Source of the DNA: Bacillota bacterium
GTDB taxonomy: Bacteria > Bacillota > Sulfobacillia > JAMCWA01
Assembly (NCBI GenBank): GCA_023475165.1
Contig: JAMCWA010000088.1
Coordinates: 130,298 to 194,297, forward strand
Direction: 5' to 3'
Length of the DNA stretch: 64,000 nucleotides
Below are positions 38,283 through 48,849 of the stretch, in pieces (positions within the stretch are counted from its first letter, which is position 1; every line of letters starts with the position of its first letter). The notes beneath the pieces are model-generated. The model saw only the letters and a list, made by a program, of their open reading frames with translations, was not told the DNA's origin and ran no database searches. The translations under genes were made by a program, and so were the position numbers.

Positions 38283-39308
38283 TCACCTCTCGATCTCTCC
38301 CCGCAGGACCTTCCTCATTCGGAAAAGATACCCTCCCGGCCTCTCCTCCACGCCCGCCAGGGCCAGAAGGTGGCCGGTGTTTGAACAGATCTTGATTAAC
38401 TCCGATCCTTTCGTTCTGCCAATGGCCCAGGCTTCACTTACCGTTGACCAATAGCTTCCTTCACCTTTGGCCTCTCGCCAGAGACTGCCTCCCTTTAGGA
38501 CCTTTTCCTCCTCCTCCCGAGAAACCGCCAAGGTAGGCCATTGCGCCAGGGCCTGGGCCATGGGAACGAGCCGACCAGTCAGTTCGGCGGCATGACCCAA
38601 AGAGACCATCTCTTCTAAGGTGATGGCCTGGCTCAAGTCAAAGGAACCCGAGGCTAAGCGAAGCAAAAAGGAGAGGTGTCCTCCCACCCCCAACCTTTCC
38701 CCGATATCGGCGCACAGGGTTCGCAGGTAGGTCCCCCGGGAACAATGGACGTCGAAAAGGATACGGGGAAATGGCCCCGGACTGATTTCCAGCAACTGAA
38801 TTTGATAAATCGAAACGGTGCGTGGCGCGACGGAGGTCATCTCGCCAGCCCGGGCCAACTCATAAAGACGGCGACCCCCTTTTTTGACGGCAGAAAAGGC
38901 CGGAGGGGTCTGCTGGATGTCACCGATGAAGCCCGTCAGGGTGTCTTGCAGGAGCTGCCTATCCAGAGGGGGAACCTCTCTCCTGAACAGAACCCGCCCA
39001 AAACCATCCTGGGTATCTGTGCTCATTCCCAGGGTCATTTCGGCCCGATAAATCTTAGAGTAGGCCATGAGGTATTCCGACAATCGTACAGCTTGTCCCA
39101 GGAGCAAGACCAAAACGCCGGCGGCGCCAGGATCTAGGGTCCCGGCATGGCCGACCCGCCTTTGTCCCGTCACCGTCCGCACCAGGTCGACAACATCATG
39201 GGAGGTCAGCCCCGGTGGTTTCAAGAGCACCAGTATGCCATCCACAGCTAATCTTCCCCCACCGGAGATATCCACGCTGCTTTCCGTTGAACCATGACTG
39301 TGCACCAT
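38283..39308 (-). CDS. truB: tRNA pseudouridine(55) synthase
   Basis: 'GILVLLKPPGLTSHDVVDLVR…VGHAGTLDPGAAGVLVLLLG'. The N-terminal start is uncertain. Confidence 0.85.
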   Translation of the reverse strand: MVHSHGSTESSVDISGGGRLAVDGILVLLKPPGLTSHDVVDLVRTVTGQRRVGHAGTLDPGAAGVLVLLLGQAVRLSEYLMAYSKIYRAEMTLGMSTDTQDGFGRVLFRREVPPLDRQLLQDTLTGFIGDIQQTPPAFSAVKKGGRRLYELARAGEMTSVAPRTVSIYQIQLLEISPGPFPRILFDVHCSRGTYLRTLCADIGERLGVGGHLSFLLRLASGSFDLSQAITLEEMVSLGHAAELTGRLVPMAQALAQWPTLAVSREEEEKVLKGGSLWREAKGEGSYWSTVSEAWAIGRTKGSELIKICSNTGHLLALAGVEERPGGYLFRMRKVLRGEIER

Positions 39309-39324
39309 GACTGCCTGAAAAGGC

Positions 39325-39375
39325 CTCGGCGTGGCGACGGGCAGGTTAACCCGTCAGAACGCAGTTTGTCAGCTA
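39325..39375. repeat. B-module fragment
   Basis: 'gttaacccgtcagaacgcagtttgtcagc'. Confidence 0.5.
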
Positions 39376-40337
39376 TCGGCTAAAGCCCCCCGCACCGCGG
39401 TGATAACCTTCTCTCTGGCCTCATTTAAGGGAAGAGATAGGGTGCACCCAGCGGCACGGGGATGCCCACCCCCGTCAAAATGGCTGGCCACACGGCTCAC
39501 GTCCACTTGGTGGCGGGAACGTAAGGAGACGCGCACCTTCCCGTCACCCGTCTCCCGAAAAAGGAGGCCGACCTCAACCCCGCGGATGGCCCGGGCATAG
39601 TTAATGATACCCTCGGTTTCCTCATCGCTGGCTCCCGTCTCCTCCAAAGCGGCTCGGCTGATCACCAACCAGGCCACCTTTCCATCCGGGGTCAACTCCA
39701 GAGTCTCCAAGGCCCGCCCAAGAAGGCGCGCGCTGGAAAGAGACCTGGTCTCAAAGGCGTTTTCGGCCACCTGAGCCGGCTTGGCCCCCAGTCTCACCAG
39801 TTCCGCCGCCACGCGGAAGGTGCTCTCCCTGGTACTCTCATACCGAAAGGAGCCGGTATCCGTAACAATGGCCGTATAAAGGCAGGTAGCGATCGCCGGG
39901 CTGATGTCTACCTCCATGCTCCTCAATAGCTCATAGATCTGCTCACCTACCGCTGCCGCCTGTACGTCGACATAGTTATACTGCCCAAAGCCGGCGTTAG
40001 TGCCGTGGTGATCGATGTTGACTACTAAAGCTACCCTCGCCAAAAGCTTTGCCGCCTCCCCGACTCGCGTCGGGTCACCGCAATCTACCAGTACTCCCAC
40101 CCGGAAATCCCCCTCAACCTGGCGCCAATCCGCGATTTCTCCGGACCCAGGCAGGAACTGGTAGATCTCCGGAAGGGGGTCAGACCGCACCACCACTGCT
40201 TTTTTGCCCAGGAGCCGGAGGGAGAGGCCCAGGGCCAGGGCGGAACCGAGGGTATCCCCGTCGGGCTGGACATGGGTGAAAATGAGAAAACCATTTTCCC
40301 GTTGAAAGAGTTCGGCCAGGTCTTTAGGAGACTCCAT
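39369..40337 (-). CDS. nrnA: DHH-family bifunctional oligoribonuclease / pAp phosphatase NrnA
   Basis: 'FTHVQPDGDTLGS', 'DHHGTN', and the DHHA1 C-terminus. Start at 'MESPKD'. Confidence 0.8.
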   Translation of the reverse strand: MESPKDLAELFQRENGFLIFTHVQPDGDTLGSALALGLSLRLLGKKAVVVRSDPLPEIYQFLPGSGEIADWRQVEGDFRVGVLVDCGDPTRVGEAAKLLARVALVVNIDHHGTNAGFGQYNYVDVQAAAVGEQIYELLRSMEVDISPAIATCLYTAIVTDTGSFRYESTRESTFRVAAELVRLGAKPAQVAENAFETRSLSSARLLGRALETLELTPDGKVAWLVISRAALEETGASDEETEGIINYARAIRGVEVGLLFRETGDGKVRVSLRSRHQVDVSRVASHFDGGGHPRAAGCTLSLPLNEAREKVITAVRGALADS

Positions 40338-40716
40338 CTGACTTTTCCCCTTCTGGCCCCGGCCCCTCCTGCCGGACTTCCTCCAGGAGCCGGGCAATTC
40401 TGGCACCGTGTTCGATGGATTCGTCCAACAGGAAAACCAATTCCGGGGTGTGGTAGAGCCGTACCCTTTGACCCAGCTCGCTCCGAATAAAGCCAGTGGC
40501 CTTCTGGATGGCTTTCACCGTCTCTTCCTTTTGGGCCGGTTCACCAAGGACACTGATGTAAACCTTAGCATGACGCAAGTCGTTGGAGACGTCCACCTGG
40601 ATTACGCTAACAAAACCGATGCGCGGGTCCTTCAGTTGGTGCTGAAGGATGTCACTGACCTCTTCTTTGATGGCCTCCCCCACCCGTTGGGCCCTCTGTC
40701 TAGCCAACCAGGACAC
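40324..40716 (-). CDS. rbfA: ribosome-binding factor A
   Basis: 'RAQRVGEAIKEEVSDIL…DPRIGFVSVIQVDVSNDLRHAKVYISVLG'. Confidence 0.85.
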   Translation of the reverse strand: MSWLARQRAQRVGEAIKEEVSDILQHQLKDPRIGFVSVIQVDVSNDLRHAKVYISVLGEPAQKEETVKAIQKATGFIRSELGQRVRLYHTPELVFLLDESIEHGARIARLLEEVRQEGPGPEGEKSDGVS

Positions 40717-40888
40717 CTCCTGGTCGCTGCATGGCGCCGCCAGCCTCTTTGCACCTGCCTACCACGCCGATCGACCATCCGGTTCAAGCGGTGGCCGATC
40801 ACACCTTGCCTGGCAGGGTATGGTATCGCAACCGGCATAATGAGGCTCGCCGCCGTCCATGTCCGCGACATATTGGAACATCATGGCG

Positions 40889-41170
40889 TTAGTCGATTTC
40901 TATCAGGTAGTCTTCCAATTCCACCGTCCCCACGCCTTCCACCCAGTGGACCAGTCGGGAGAGGATTTCATTGGCGTGACGGCCGTCGTTGGAGACACAG
41001 GCGACCCCCAGGGTACTACGGGCCCAAAGGTCGAGGTCGTCCACCTCCGCCGCCGCCACCTGGAAACGGGCACGAAGATCCTGCAGGAGGGGACGCAAGA
41101 CGCGCCTCTTGGCTTTCAAGGAATCAGCACCGGGAATAATCAGCTCCAGAACCGCGCGCCCCACCACCAC
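40889..41170 (-). CDS. DUF503 (YlxP-like) protein
   Basis: 93 aa between infB and rbfA, as ylxP is in Bacillus. 'LELIIPGADSLKAKRRVLRPL'. Confidence 0.7.
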   Translation of the reverse strand: MVVGRAVLELIIPGADSLKAKRRVLRPLLQDLRARFQVAAAEVDDLDLWARSTLGVACVSNDGRHANEILSRLVHWVEGVGTVELEDYLIEID

Positions 41171-41175
41171 GGTTT

Positions 41176-44100
41176 TCAGGCCTCTTCCTTAATCTGTTCC
41201 ATGATGAAGGCCTCGATGATGTCGCCTTCCTTAACATCCTGGAACCGTTCCAGGCCGATGCCGCATTCCTTGCCAGCAGTGACTTCGCGAACATCATCCT
41301 TAAAATGCTTTAAGGATTCGATCTTACCTTCGTGGACAACCACACCATCACGGATAAGCCTGACTTGTGCGTTCCGGAGGATCTTACCTTCTTGAACGTA
41401 AGAACCGGCCACCGTCCCTACCTTGGGGACCTTGAAAGTGGCCCTGACTTCGGCTCGGCCCAGGGTAGTCTCTTTGAACTTGGGAGACAGCATCCCTTTT
41501 AGGGCTGCCTTGACATCGTCGATGGCATCGTAAATCACGCGGTAGGAGCGAACGTCGACCTTTTCCGTTTCCGCCGCTTCTCTGGCCTTGGGCTCTGGAC
41601 GCACATCAAAACCGATGATGATGGCTCCAGAAGCAGAAGCCAGCATGACATCCGTCTCCGTAATGGCCCCGACTCCGGCATGAATGACCCGGACCTTGGT
41701 CTCCTCATTCCCTAGCTTTTCCAGGCTCTGGCGGACGGCTTCCACCGTCCCCTGAACGTCACCCTTGATGATGAGGTTCAGTTCCTTCAGTTCGCCTTCC
41801 TTCATCCGGCGATAGAGGTCATCCAAGGTCAGGCGGCTCGCCACCCGCAGTTCCTCTTCTCGTCGCTTGGTCTGCCGCCGGGCCGAAATCTCCTTGGCTT
41901 TTCGCTCATCTTCAACCACGATGAAGATGTCGCTGGCCGACGGAACGTCGGTAAAGCCAAGGATTTCCACCGGGGTGGCCGGACCGGCCTTCTTGATGCG
42001 ACGCCCCCGGTCATCAGTCATGGCGCGGACCTTTCCATAGGTGCGACCGCTGACGAAGACATCGCCAACGGACAGCGTTCCATTCTGAATGAGGACAGTC
42101 CCGACCGGGCCGCGACCCTTATCCAACTGAGCCTCAATGACAATACCCCTGGCTGCCCGCTTGGGATTGGCCTTCAATTCCTCCATGTCGGCAACCAACA
42201 AAAGCATCTCCAGAAGGTGATCAATGCCGGTCTTGTCCCGGGCCGATACCGGGACCATGATGTTTGTGCCACCCCACTCCTCGCCAACCAGTCCGTACTC
42301 CGTTAGCTGTTGCTTAACCCGTTCCGGCTGCGCATTGGGCTTATCAATCTTGTTAATAGCCACCACAATGGGAACGCCGGCGGCTCGGGCATGGTTAATG
42401 GCCTCCACGGTCTGTGGCATTACCCCGTCGTCCGCCGCCACTACCAGTACGGCAATGTCGGTCGCCTTAGCCCCTCTGGCTCGCATGGCCGTGAAAGCCT
42501 CATGGCCCGGCGTATCCAGAAAGACTACTTTACGATCTCCCGCCTCCACCGTGGAAGCCCCGATGTGCTGGGTAATACCCCCCGCCTCCTGGGCCGTAAC
42601 ATTGGTTTTCCGGATGGCATCCAGCAGGGAGGTCTTCCCATGGTCGACATGACCCATTACAGTGACTACCGGGGCTCGGGGAACCAAATCCGCCGGATCG
42701 TCCACGATGACCTCTTCCTCCGGCTCTTCAATGACCGCGGCCTTCTCCTCGATCTCGACGCCGTAGGCTTCCGCCACCACGGCGGCCGTTTCCAGGTCGA
42801 TCTCTTGATTTATGGTCGCCATCACACCCATGGAGATCAACTTCTTCAGCAAATCGGTCCCCTTGACGGCCATTTTCTCGGCCAGATCCTTTACCGATAC
42901 AGGTCCTTCCAGGGCTATGACCCGCGGTGTAGCAGGTCTCTCGTCCACCCGGGCCCCCAACCTCGGTTTGGCTTTCCCTCTACCCCCCGGTCTGACCTTG
43001 GCCAGAAGACGTTCCTCATCTTGCGTCAGCCATTGCTTAGATCTCTCTCGTTCGGGTACTCGCTTCGCGCCCTTTTTGCCCTGAGCCACCTTTTCGGTAC
43101 CCTTTTCACCAGCCGGGCCCGCTTTCTCTCCAGGGCGGGGCGGGGTCACGGGCCCGCGTACCGGTCCGGACACCGGTCGATCCACCCCCGGTATCCGGCG
43201 AGTATCGGTTCGCCGAATGGGAAGGCCGACGTTTCCCCCCGGTTTTCTGGGGATGGGTCCTTCCAGAGGTCTCCTGGGCTGTTCTTCCGGGCGAAGGACC
43301 GTCAGCCGATCACGGCCCGTCCTGACCTCACCAGCTCCGTTCCGGTCCGGCCCAACGGCCCGCGCGGTCCCCTCCCGCGACAAACCGCGCTTTTCTTCGC
43401 GATCACTCCAGGCCGGGCCGAATGTGGATGAAGGGGAGACCGTCGCCCTGGGCAGACCATTGGTCTTGCCAACTCGCGCTGGACCGTTGAGGCGACCAAT
43501 GGAACTTGGACCCTCCGCCCGGTCCTCCTCTGTCCCCTCCCAGGTTTTCGCCACGGTGGACGGCTCCACTTCAGAAGAGAAAGTGACGTCAGGAGTCTCT
43601 TCCTTTGCCCCCGCCCGCACTCCGGCACCGTCACCTCGGTTTATTCCCGCTTCCTGGGGGGCGTCCTCCCTCTCGTCACCCTTTTCAGCCGTAATTCCTT
43701 TCTCTTCCACCTCAGCCAACCGGGCTCGGGCGGCAGACCAGCCCTTGTCCGGAGCCACCGGAAAGGAGTGCTCTTCTCCCCTCAAGTCAGCCGGTGGCTT
43801 CTCCGTTTCCCAATCTCTGGCCTCCTGGCCCGTTTCCCAACGGGGCGTCTCAAAACGCGAAAGGTCCGGCTCACTACCACTTATGACCCTGACCGTTCCG
43901 GTGCTTCCCCGGCGAGAGGGCGGGATCTGCCGGCTCTGATCCATCTCCGGTGTCCAGAGACCGGTCTTCACCACCGGTCTGGGATCCCTGGTCTCTTTTC
44001 TCGTACCAGGACCATGACCGGTCCTCTCTTCCGGCCCTGTGGTCATCCCTTTCTTGGCTAGCCCTCCAGCCGCTGCCCCTTGGCCGCCCTTCTGATCCGA

Positions 44101-44544
44101 ACGGCTCTTTTGAACGACGCCGCTTTTCCCGGCGACAGCCCGCGCGTCCATTGAGCCTTGCCGCGTGGCTAGCCGGTCGCGATTGGTGGTGGTCTGCCGC
44201 AAGGTCTCCGGGACGGGACGATTGGCCGGACCGCCCACCCTAACGGCCAGGCGGTCATTGGCCATACGGGTCCCTGGCCGCTCCGGCGATACCTTCAGAG
44301 CAGCACCCGCGCTACCTTCAGAACGTATCTCTATCTCTTTGGTCAGCTCCCCTTCTCCCCTTTCCCCCACTTCCTGAACCTTAATCTTCCCCGAAAAAAT
44401 ATCCATAAGGGTCTGGACGGTCAATGGCTCCAGGGTGCTCATGTGATTCTTGACGTCAACCTTCAGTTGACCCAGAACCTTCATGACTACCTTGGAGTCG
44501 ACGCCAGCCTTTTTGGCCAGTTCATAAACCCTCAGTTTCTCCAA
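41176..44544 (-). CDS. infB: translation initiation factor IF-2 (long form)
   Basis: 1122 aa. G-domain '[16 protein letters not shown]', 'DTPGHEAF', 'NKIDK'. About 500 aa of low-complexity N-terminal region. Confidence 0.95.
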   Translation of the reverse strand: MEKLRVYELAKKAGVDSKVVMKVLGQLKVDVKNHMSTLEPLTVQTLMDIFSGKIKVQEVGERGEGELTKEIEIRSEGSAGAALKVSPERPGTRMANDRLAVRVGGPANRPVPETLRQTTTNRDRLATRQGSMDARAVAGKSGVVQKSRSDQKGGQGAAAGGLAKKGMTTGPEERTGHGPGTRKETRDPRPVVKTGLWTPEMDQSRQIPPSRRGSTGTVRVISGSEPDLSRFETPRWETGQEARDWETEKPPADLRGEEHSFPVAPDKGWSAARARLAEVEEKGITAEKGDEREDAPQEAGINRGDGAGVRAGAKEETPDVTFSSEVEPSTVAKTWEGTEEDRAEGPSSIGRLNGPARVGKTNGLPRATVSPSSTFGPAWSDREEKRGLSREGTARAVGPDRNGAGEVRTGRDRLTVLRPEEQPRRPLEGPIPRKPGGNVGLPIRRTDTRRIPGVDRPVSGPVRGPVTPPRPGEKAGPAGEKGTEKVAQGKKGAKRVPERERSKQWLTQDEERLLAKVRPGGRGKAKPRLGARVDERPATPRVIALEGPVSVKDLAEKMAVKGTDLLKKLISMGVMATINQEIDLETAAVVAEAYGVEIEEKAAVIEEPEEEVIVDDPADLVPRAPVVTVMGHVDHGKTSLLDAIRKTNVTAQEAGGITQHIGASTVEAGDRKVVFLDTPGHEAFTAMRARGAKATDIAVLVVAADDGVMPQTVEAINHARAAGVPIVVAINKIDKPNAQPERVKQQLTEYGLVGEEWGGTNIMVPVSARDKTGIDHLLEMLLLVADMEELKANPKRAARGIVIEAQLDKGRGPVGTVLIQNGTLSVGDVFVSGRTYGKVRAMTDDRGRRIKKAGPATPVEILGFTDVPSASDIFIVVEDERKAKEISARRQTKRREEELRVASRLTLDDLYRRMKEGELKELNLIIKGDVQGTVEAVRQSLEKLGNEETKVRVIHAGVGAITETDVMLASASGAIIIGFDVRPEPKAREAAETEKVDVRSYRVIYDAIDDVKAALKGMLSPKFKETTLGRAEVRATFKVPKVGTVAGSYVQEGKILRNAQVRLIRDGVVVHEGKIESLKHFKDDVREVTAGKECGIGLERFQDVKEGDIIEAFIMEQIKEEA

Positions 44545-44559
44545 ACAAAGCCACCTCCG

Positions 44560-44886
44560 TCAGGACGAACCCATCGGTTTCGCCCCTTCCGCCAATATTC
44601 TCTGTATCTCTCTAACCATATTGTCGTCGGTGATCCCCGCTAAAGCTATCGTAGCCTGCCCGAAAATCAAGCCCAGCTCAACCTTGTTCGAAAGATAGAC
44701 ATAAGGAATAGAATTGCGATCAGCCAAAACCCCTGCCTCCCAGCGCGAATGCACGCCGGCGTCATTGGCGATTATCAGGAGTTTCACCGTCTTGTCTTCC
44801 AGAGCCCGTTTAACCCGCTCCGTCCCCAGAACCAACCGCCCGGCCTTTTTGGCCAGACCAAGGAGATTCCTCACTTTATCCTCCAT
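44560..44886 (-). CDS. L7Ae-family RNA-binding protein YlxQ
   Basis: 'LLGLAKKAGRLVLGTERVKRALEDKTVKLLIIANDAG'. Confidence 0.8.
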   Translation of the reverse strand: MEDKVRNLLGLAKKAGRLVLGTERVKRALEDKTVKLLIIANDAGVHSRWEAGVLADRNSIPYVYLSNKVELGLIFGQATIALAGITDDNMVREIQRILAEGAKPMGSS

Positions 44887-44891
44887 AGCCT

Positions 44892-45197
44892 TTACCCTCC
44901 ACGGGATCGCCCGGGGACCGGCAGGTTCCTGACGGCCTCCCGGAGGGTTTCCGCCAGCTCCGGCGGGATGGGGGCCTTAAGAGCTCTTTCCAGGTGCTTG
45001 CCCTTCCAGGCCTTCTCCAGACAATCCAGCGAGGGACAAACATAGGCCCCACGGCCCGATTTCTTTCCGGTGGGATCCAGCACCACTTCACCCTCCGGCG
45101 TGCGGACTATTCTAATTAACTCTTTCTTGGGCCGGGCCTCCTGGCAGCCGACACAGATCCGCACAGGTATCTTACGGACTTTTTGACCTCTGGGCAT
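44892..45197 (-). CDS. YlxR (DUF448) RNA-binding protein
   Basis: 'RICVGCQEARPKKELIRIVRTPEGEVVLDPTGKKSGRGAYVC'. Confidence 0.75.
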   Translation of the reverse strand: MPRGQKVRKIPVRICVGCQEARPKKELIRIVRTPEGEVVLDPTGKKSGRGAYVCPSLDCLEKAWKGKHLERALKAPIPPELAETLREAVRNLPVPGRSRGG

Positions 45198-45245
45198 CCA
45201 TCCCACCCCCCGGAACTCAGGTCTCCCAAAACTGTGGTCTGGCAC

Positions 45246-45292
45246 CGCTAGGAGACCGCTTAAAAAGGGTTTTCCAGCGGTCTCCTAGGTTT
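45246..45292. repeat. solo-TIR palindrome of the MITE family between nusA and ylxR
   Basis: 'gctaggagaccgcttaaaaagggttttccagcggtctcctagg': a 10–11 bp stem with a 14 nt loop. The CTAG supplies the nusA TAG stop. Confidence 0.8.
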
Positions 45293-46316
45293 GACCCTCA
45301 CTCTTGATATCCACCTTCCAGCCCGTCAGCCTGGCCGCCAAGCGGGCATTCTGTCCTTCCTTACCAATAGCCAAAGACAGTTGGTAGTCTGGGACCACAA
45401 CCCTGGCCATCCTGATCTCCTCATCAACAGCGACTGAAATTACCTTGGCCGGGCTTAGGGCGTTGGCCACAAAACTGGCCGGGTCGGAATCCCACCTTAT
45501 GATATCCAACTTTTCCCCTCGAAGTTCATCAACGATGGCTCCAACCCGAGCCCCTCGCGGCCCGACACACGCCCCCACGGGATCGATGTCCTCATCTCGG
45601 GAGTAGACGGCCACCTTGGAACGAAAACCCGCCTCACGGGAGATCCCCTTGATCTCCACCAGGCCGTCATGAATCTCCGGTACCTCCTGTTCGAAAAGTC
45701 TCTTGATTAAACCGGGATGAGTCCGGGAAACGTAGATCTGGGGCCCGCGGTTGGTCTTGCGAACCTCAATGATGTAGCTTTTCAAGGTTTCGCCCTGCCG
45801 ATAAACCTCCGTCACCACCTGTTCCGCCTGGGTCAAAACGGCCTCAACTCGGCCCAGATCCAGAATAACGTTCTTCTGCTCAATGCGATGGACTTTGCCG
45901 CTGACAATGTCACCCTCGCGGTTGGAGAATTCCTCGAAAATAATACCCCTCTCGGCCTCTCTAATGCGTTGTACCACCACCTGCTTGGCCGTCTGAGCGG
46001 CTATGCGGCCAAAATCTTTGGGGGTGACCTCCTTCTCCACCACATCCCCTACCTCATAGGAACGGTTTAGTCTGCGGGCCTCCTCCAACGAGATCTCCAA
46101 ACGGGGATCAACGGCCTGCTCCACCACCGTTCTTTGGGTGAGAACCTTTATCTCACCGGTTTGCCGGTCGATGTGAACCCGCACATTCTGAAGGGAACCA
46201 AAGTTGCGCCGGTAGGCGGACACCAAAGCCGCCTCAATGGCTTCAAGAAGGACCTCCTGCGAAATTCCCTTCTCTTCCTCCAGTTCGCGGATGGCCTCCA
46301 ACAATTCCGTGTTCAT
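45285..46316 (-). CDS. nusA: transcription termination/antitermination factor NusA
   Basis: 343 aa with S1 and tandem KH domains. '[19 protein letters not shown]'. Confidence 0.95.
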   Translation of the reverse strand: MNTELLEAIRELEEEKGISQEVLLEAIEAALVSAYRRNFGSLQNVRVHIDRQTGEIKVLTQRTVVEQAVDPRLEISLEEARRLNRSYEVGDVVEKEVTPKDFGRIAAQTAKQVVVQRIREAERGIIFEEFSNREGDIVSGKVHRIEQKNVILDLGRVEAVLTQAEQVVTEVYRQGETLKSYIIEVRKTNRGPQIYVSRTHPGLIKRLFEQEVPEIHDGLVEIKGISREAGFRSKVAVYSRDEDIDPVGACVGPRGARVGAIVDELRGEKLDIIRWDSDPASFVANALSPAKVISVAVDEEIRMARVVVPDYQLSLAIGKEGQNARLAARLTGWKVDIKSEGQT

Positions 46317-46442
46317 GCTCTAATCCTCCCGAAACTGCTTTAACTGCAAAATCCGAGACCGCTGAGAACGGCCTCCTGCGATCTCGCCTGGTGGCGCGGG
46401 CTACGGTAACAGGCAGCCCCCAGGCTGTTCTTCCCGGTACGC

Positions 46443-46973
46443 CTAAAGCTCAGGTCGTAGTCGAGCCGAAGCCACCTTCTCTTTGGGAATGGCTACTTCC
46501 TTTCCTTCTTCCAGCATCAGGATTACCCGCTCCTCTACCAGGCCCTGCAAGTCCCCGACGAAAACCTTCCTTCCCTCCACAGGAGCAAAGGTCTTAACCT
46601 CAACCCGGCGCCCCCGAAAACGTTCAAAATCATTGTCTTTTCTCAGCGGGCGCTCCAGGCCAGGTGAAGCCACCTCCAGGAAGTAGTTGCCAGGGATCAG
46701 GTCGAGTTCATCCAACTTCCCGCTCAACTCACGATTCACAACCTCGCATTCCTCGAGACTAATCCCGCCAGGGCGATCGATGAAAACCCGCAGGAACCAG
46801 TTCCCAGCCTCTTGCACCATCTCCACCGCCACCAGTTCAAAATGCCTGAACTGGGTTATCGCCTCAGCCAGGCCGTGGACCCTTTCTTCGATTTCTCTTC
46901 GGTTAAAGCGACCTTTCAAGCCTTCACCTCCCGAAAGGAATCCTTGGAATGGCAGCAAGTCTTCACTCTTCAT
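46443..46973 (-). CDS. rimP: ribosome maturation factor RimP
   Basis: 'FELVAVEMVQEAGNWFLRVFIDRPGGISLEECEVVNRELS…LEVASPGLERPL'. The N-terminal start is uncertain. Confidence 0.8.
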   Translation of the reverse strand: MKSEDLLPFQGFLSGGEGLKGRFNRREIEERVHGLAEAITQFRHFELVAVEMVQEAGNWFLRVFIDRPGGISLEECEVVNRELSGKLDELDLIPGNYFLEVASPGLERPLRKDNDFERFRGRRVEVKTFAPVEGRKVFVGDLQGLVEERVILMLEEGKEVAIPKEKVASARLRPEL

Positions 46974-47134
46974 GTTAAAAAGAGTGGGTAGTCACCCACT
47001 CCTCCGACGACAGCGACAAAACTTCGGTTATCGTCTCTGGCCCTTGAAGACCAAAAGTTCGACACCTTTTTGAGTATATCATATGATTTGAAGCAAAACA
47101 AGGATATCTTTTTGATTCCAGTTGGCTGCTGGGG

Positions 47135-47405
47135 GGCCGCCGAAAAACCTCCCCCTCTGTGGCGCAACCATTTCCTGGTCGGGCAGGCCACTGAAACCCA
47201 GCCGGTCAGTGGTCGCCCAGGAGACTGCTGACGAACTACGTCTTGAGTGGTTAACCCGCCCGAGATACCGTTCGGGCGAGACCGCTCAAAAATGCCCAGA
47301 TGCTAGGAGCGACAAGGCTCCGAAGCGAGGCGTACTAAGTGGTACGTTGAGCGAGGAGCCGCCGGAGCGACACCGCAGATGGGTGTTTTTCAGCGGTCTC
47401 CTAGC
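47135..47405. mobile_element. MITE-like repeat copy (C and B modules, TIRs)
   Basis: 'ggccgccgaaaaacc…gttaacccgcccgagataccgtt…cagcggtctcctagc'. The TIR encodes the last 5 codons and the TGA stop of murC. Confidence 0.8.
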
Positions 47406-48775
47406 TCTGATAACCGGTCGGCAATTTCCACAGCCACCCGGTCAATATCCCCGGCTCCCAGGGTAATGACCAGATCTCCAGGCCGGGCCAGGGAAAGCAC
47501 CAGGGCGGGAATCTCTTCCTTCACCGCTCGGTAATAAGTGGCAGGGTGTCGGCGGCCTACGGCCTTGGCCAGGTCGGCCCCGGAAATCTCACCAGTGTCC
47601 TTTTCCCGAGCGGCGTAAATGGAGGTCAAGATGACGATATCGGCCTCAGCCAGGGAATCGGCAAAACCGGCCAGGAGGTCTTTGGTCCGGCTGTAAAGAT
47701 GAGGTTGAAAAATGGCGATGAGCCTACCCTCGGCCAACTTCCTGGCCGCCGCCAGCGTAGCCCTGATCTCCGTGGGATGGTGAGCGTAATCATCGACCAC
47801 GGTAATCCCGGCCTGGCTGGCTTTCTTCTCAAAACGGCGGTGGGTCCCGGCAAAGCTCTCTAAACCTTCCCTTGTCTCCTCCGGCCCCAGACCCAACCCA
47901 ACGACTAGAGCTGCCGCCGCCAGGGCGTTGGCAACATTGTGAGCACCAGGAACCTTCAGGGAGACCCGGCCCAGATTCCGTCCCTGTCCCACCAGTTCAA
48001 AGGAGGGATAGCCTTTGTCAAAAGCTACATTCTGGGCACGCCAGTCGGCCTCCCCTTTCAGGGCAAAGGTGACCACCCGGCTCCTGGCTCTTGCTGCCAC
48101 CAGCCGCCAATTGGGATCTTCCCCATTTAATACCAAGAACCCTTCTCGATTGACCCGGCTGGCAAAGCGGCCGAAGGCCTCCAGGACCCTCTCAAAGGTT
48201 CCATAGTAGTCCAGGTGATCGGGCTCCATATTAAGTACGGCGGCCGCATAAGGGTTAAACCGGAGAAAGGATTCACTATATTCGCAGGCCTCGGTTATGA
48301 AGTACTGGGATTGGCCCACCCGAACGTTTCCCCCGATTTCATCCAGTTCTCCCCCCACCAAAACCATCGGATCCTTACCGGCATGAATCAGGATAGTGGA
48401 AACCATGGAGGTGGTGGTGGTTTTCCCGTGGGTACCGGCGATAGCAATGCCATATTGGGCGCGTTCCATGAGTCGTCCTAAAACCTCGGCCCGGCTGTAT
48501 ACCGGTAAGCCCTTTTCCCTGGCTCGAAGCAGTTCCGGGTTATCTGGTTTGACGGCCGCCGTGTAGATGACGGCCTCCGCCCCATCGACATTCTCCGAAC
48601 GATGACCGAGAAATATCGTGGCCCCGTGCTGGGCCAGCCGGTCCAACAGATTCGAAGTCTTGAGGTCCGAACCAGTTATGCGGTGCCCTTCCCGCAGCAG
48701 AACCTCGGCGATCCCGCTCATGCTGATCCCACCGATGCCGATCATATGGATCCGGTGGGCCGAAAGGATATCCAT
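47390..48775 (-). CDS. murC: UDP-N-acetylmuramate–L-alanine ligase
   Basis: 'HMIGIGGISMSGIAEVL' and Mur ligase 'GTHGKTTTTSM'. Start at 'MDILSAHRIH'. Confidence 0.9.
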   Translation of the reverse strand: MDILSAHRIHMIGIGGISMSGIAEVLLREGHRITGSDLKTSNLLDRLAQHGATIFLGHRSENVDGAEAVIYTAAVKPDNPELLRAREKGLPVYSRAEVLGRLMERAQYGIAIAGTHGKTTTTSMVSTILIHAGKDPMVLVGGELDEIGGNVRVGQSQYFITEACEYSESFLRFNPYAAAVLNMEPDHLDYYGTFERVLEAFGRFASRVNREGFLVLNGEDPNWRLVAARARSRVVTFALKGEADWRAQNVAFDKGYPSFELVGQGRNLGRVSLKVPGAHNVANALAAAALVVGLGLGPEETREGLESFAGTHRRFEKKASQAGITVVDDYAHHPTEIRATLAAARKLAEGRLIAIFQPHLYSRTKDLLAGFADSLAEADIVILTSIYAAREKDTGEISGADLAKAVGRRHPATYYRAVKEEIPALVLSLARPGDLVITLGAGDIDRVAVEIADRLSELGDR

Positions 48776-48849
48776 CTCTTCTCCCTTCCTCACTGGTCCG
48801 GCCTTTCCCAAGCCACCAGTACTCATATTATCACAATCATGTGCCCCTC

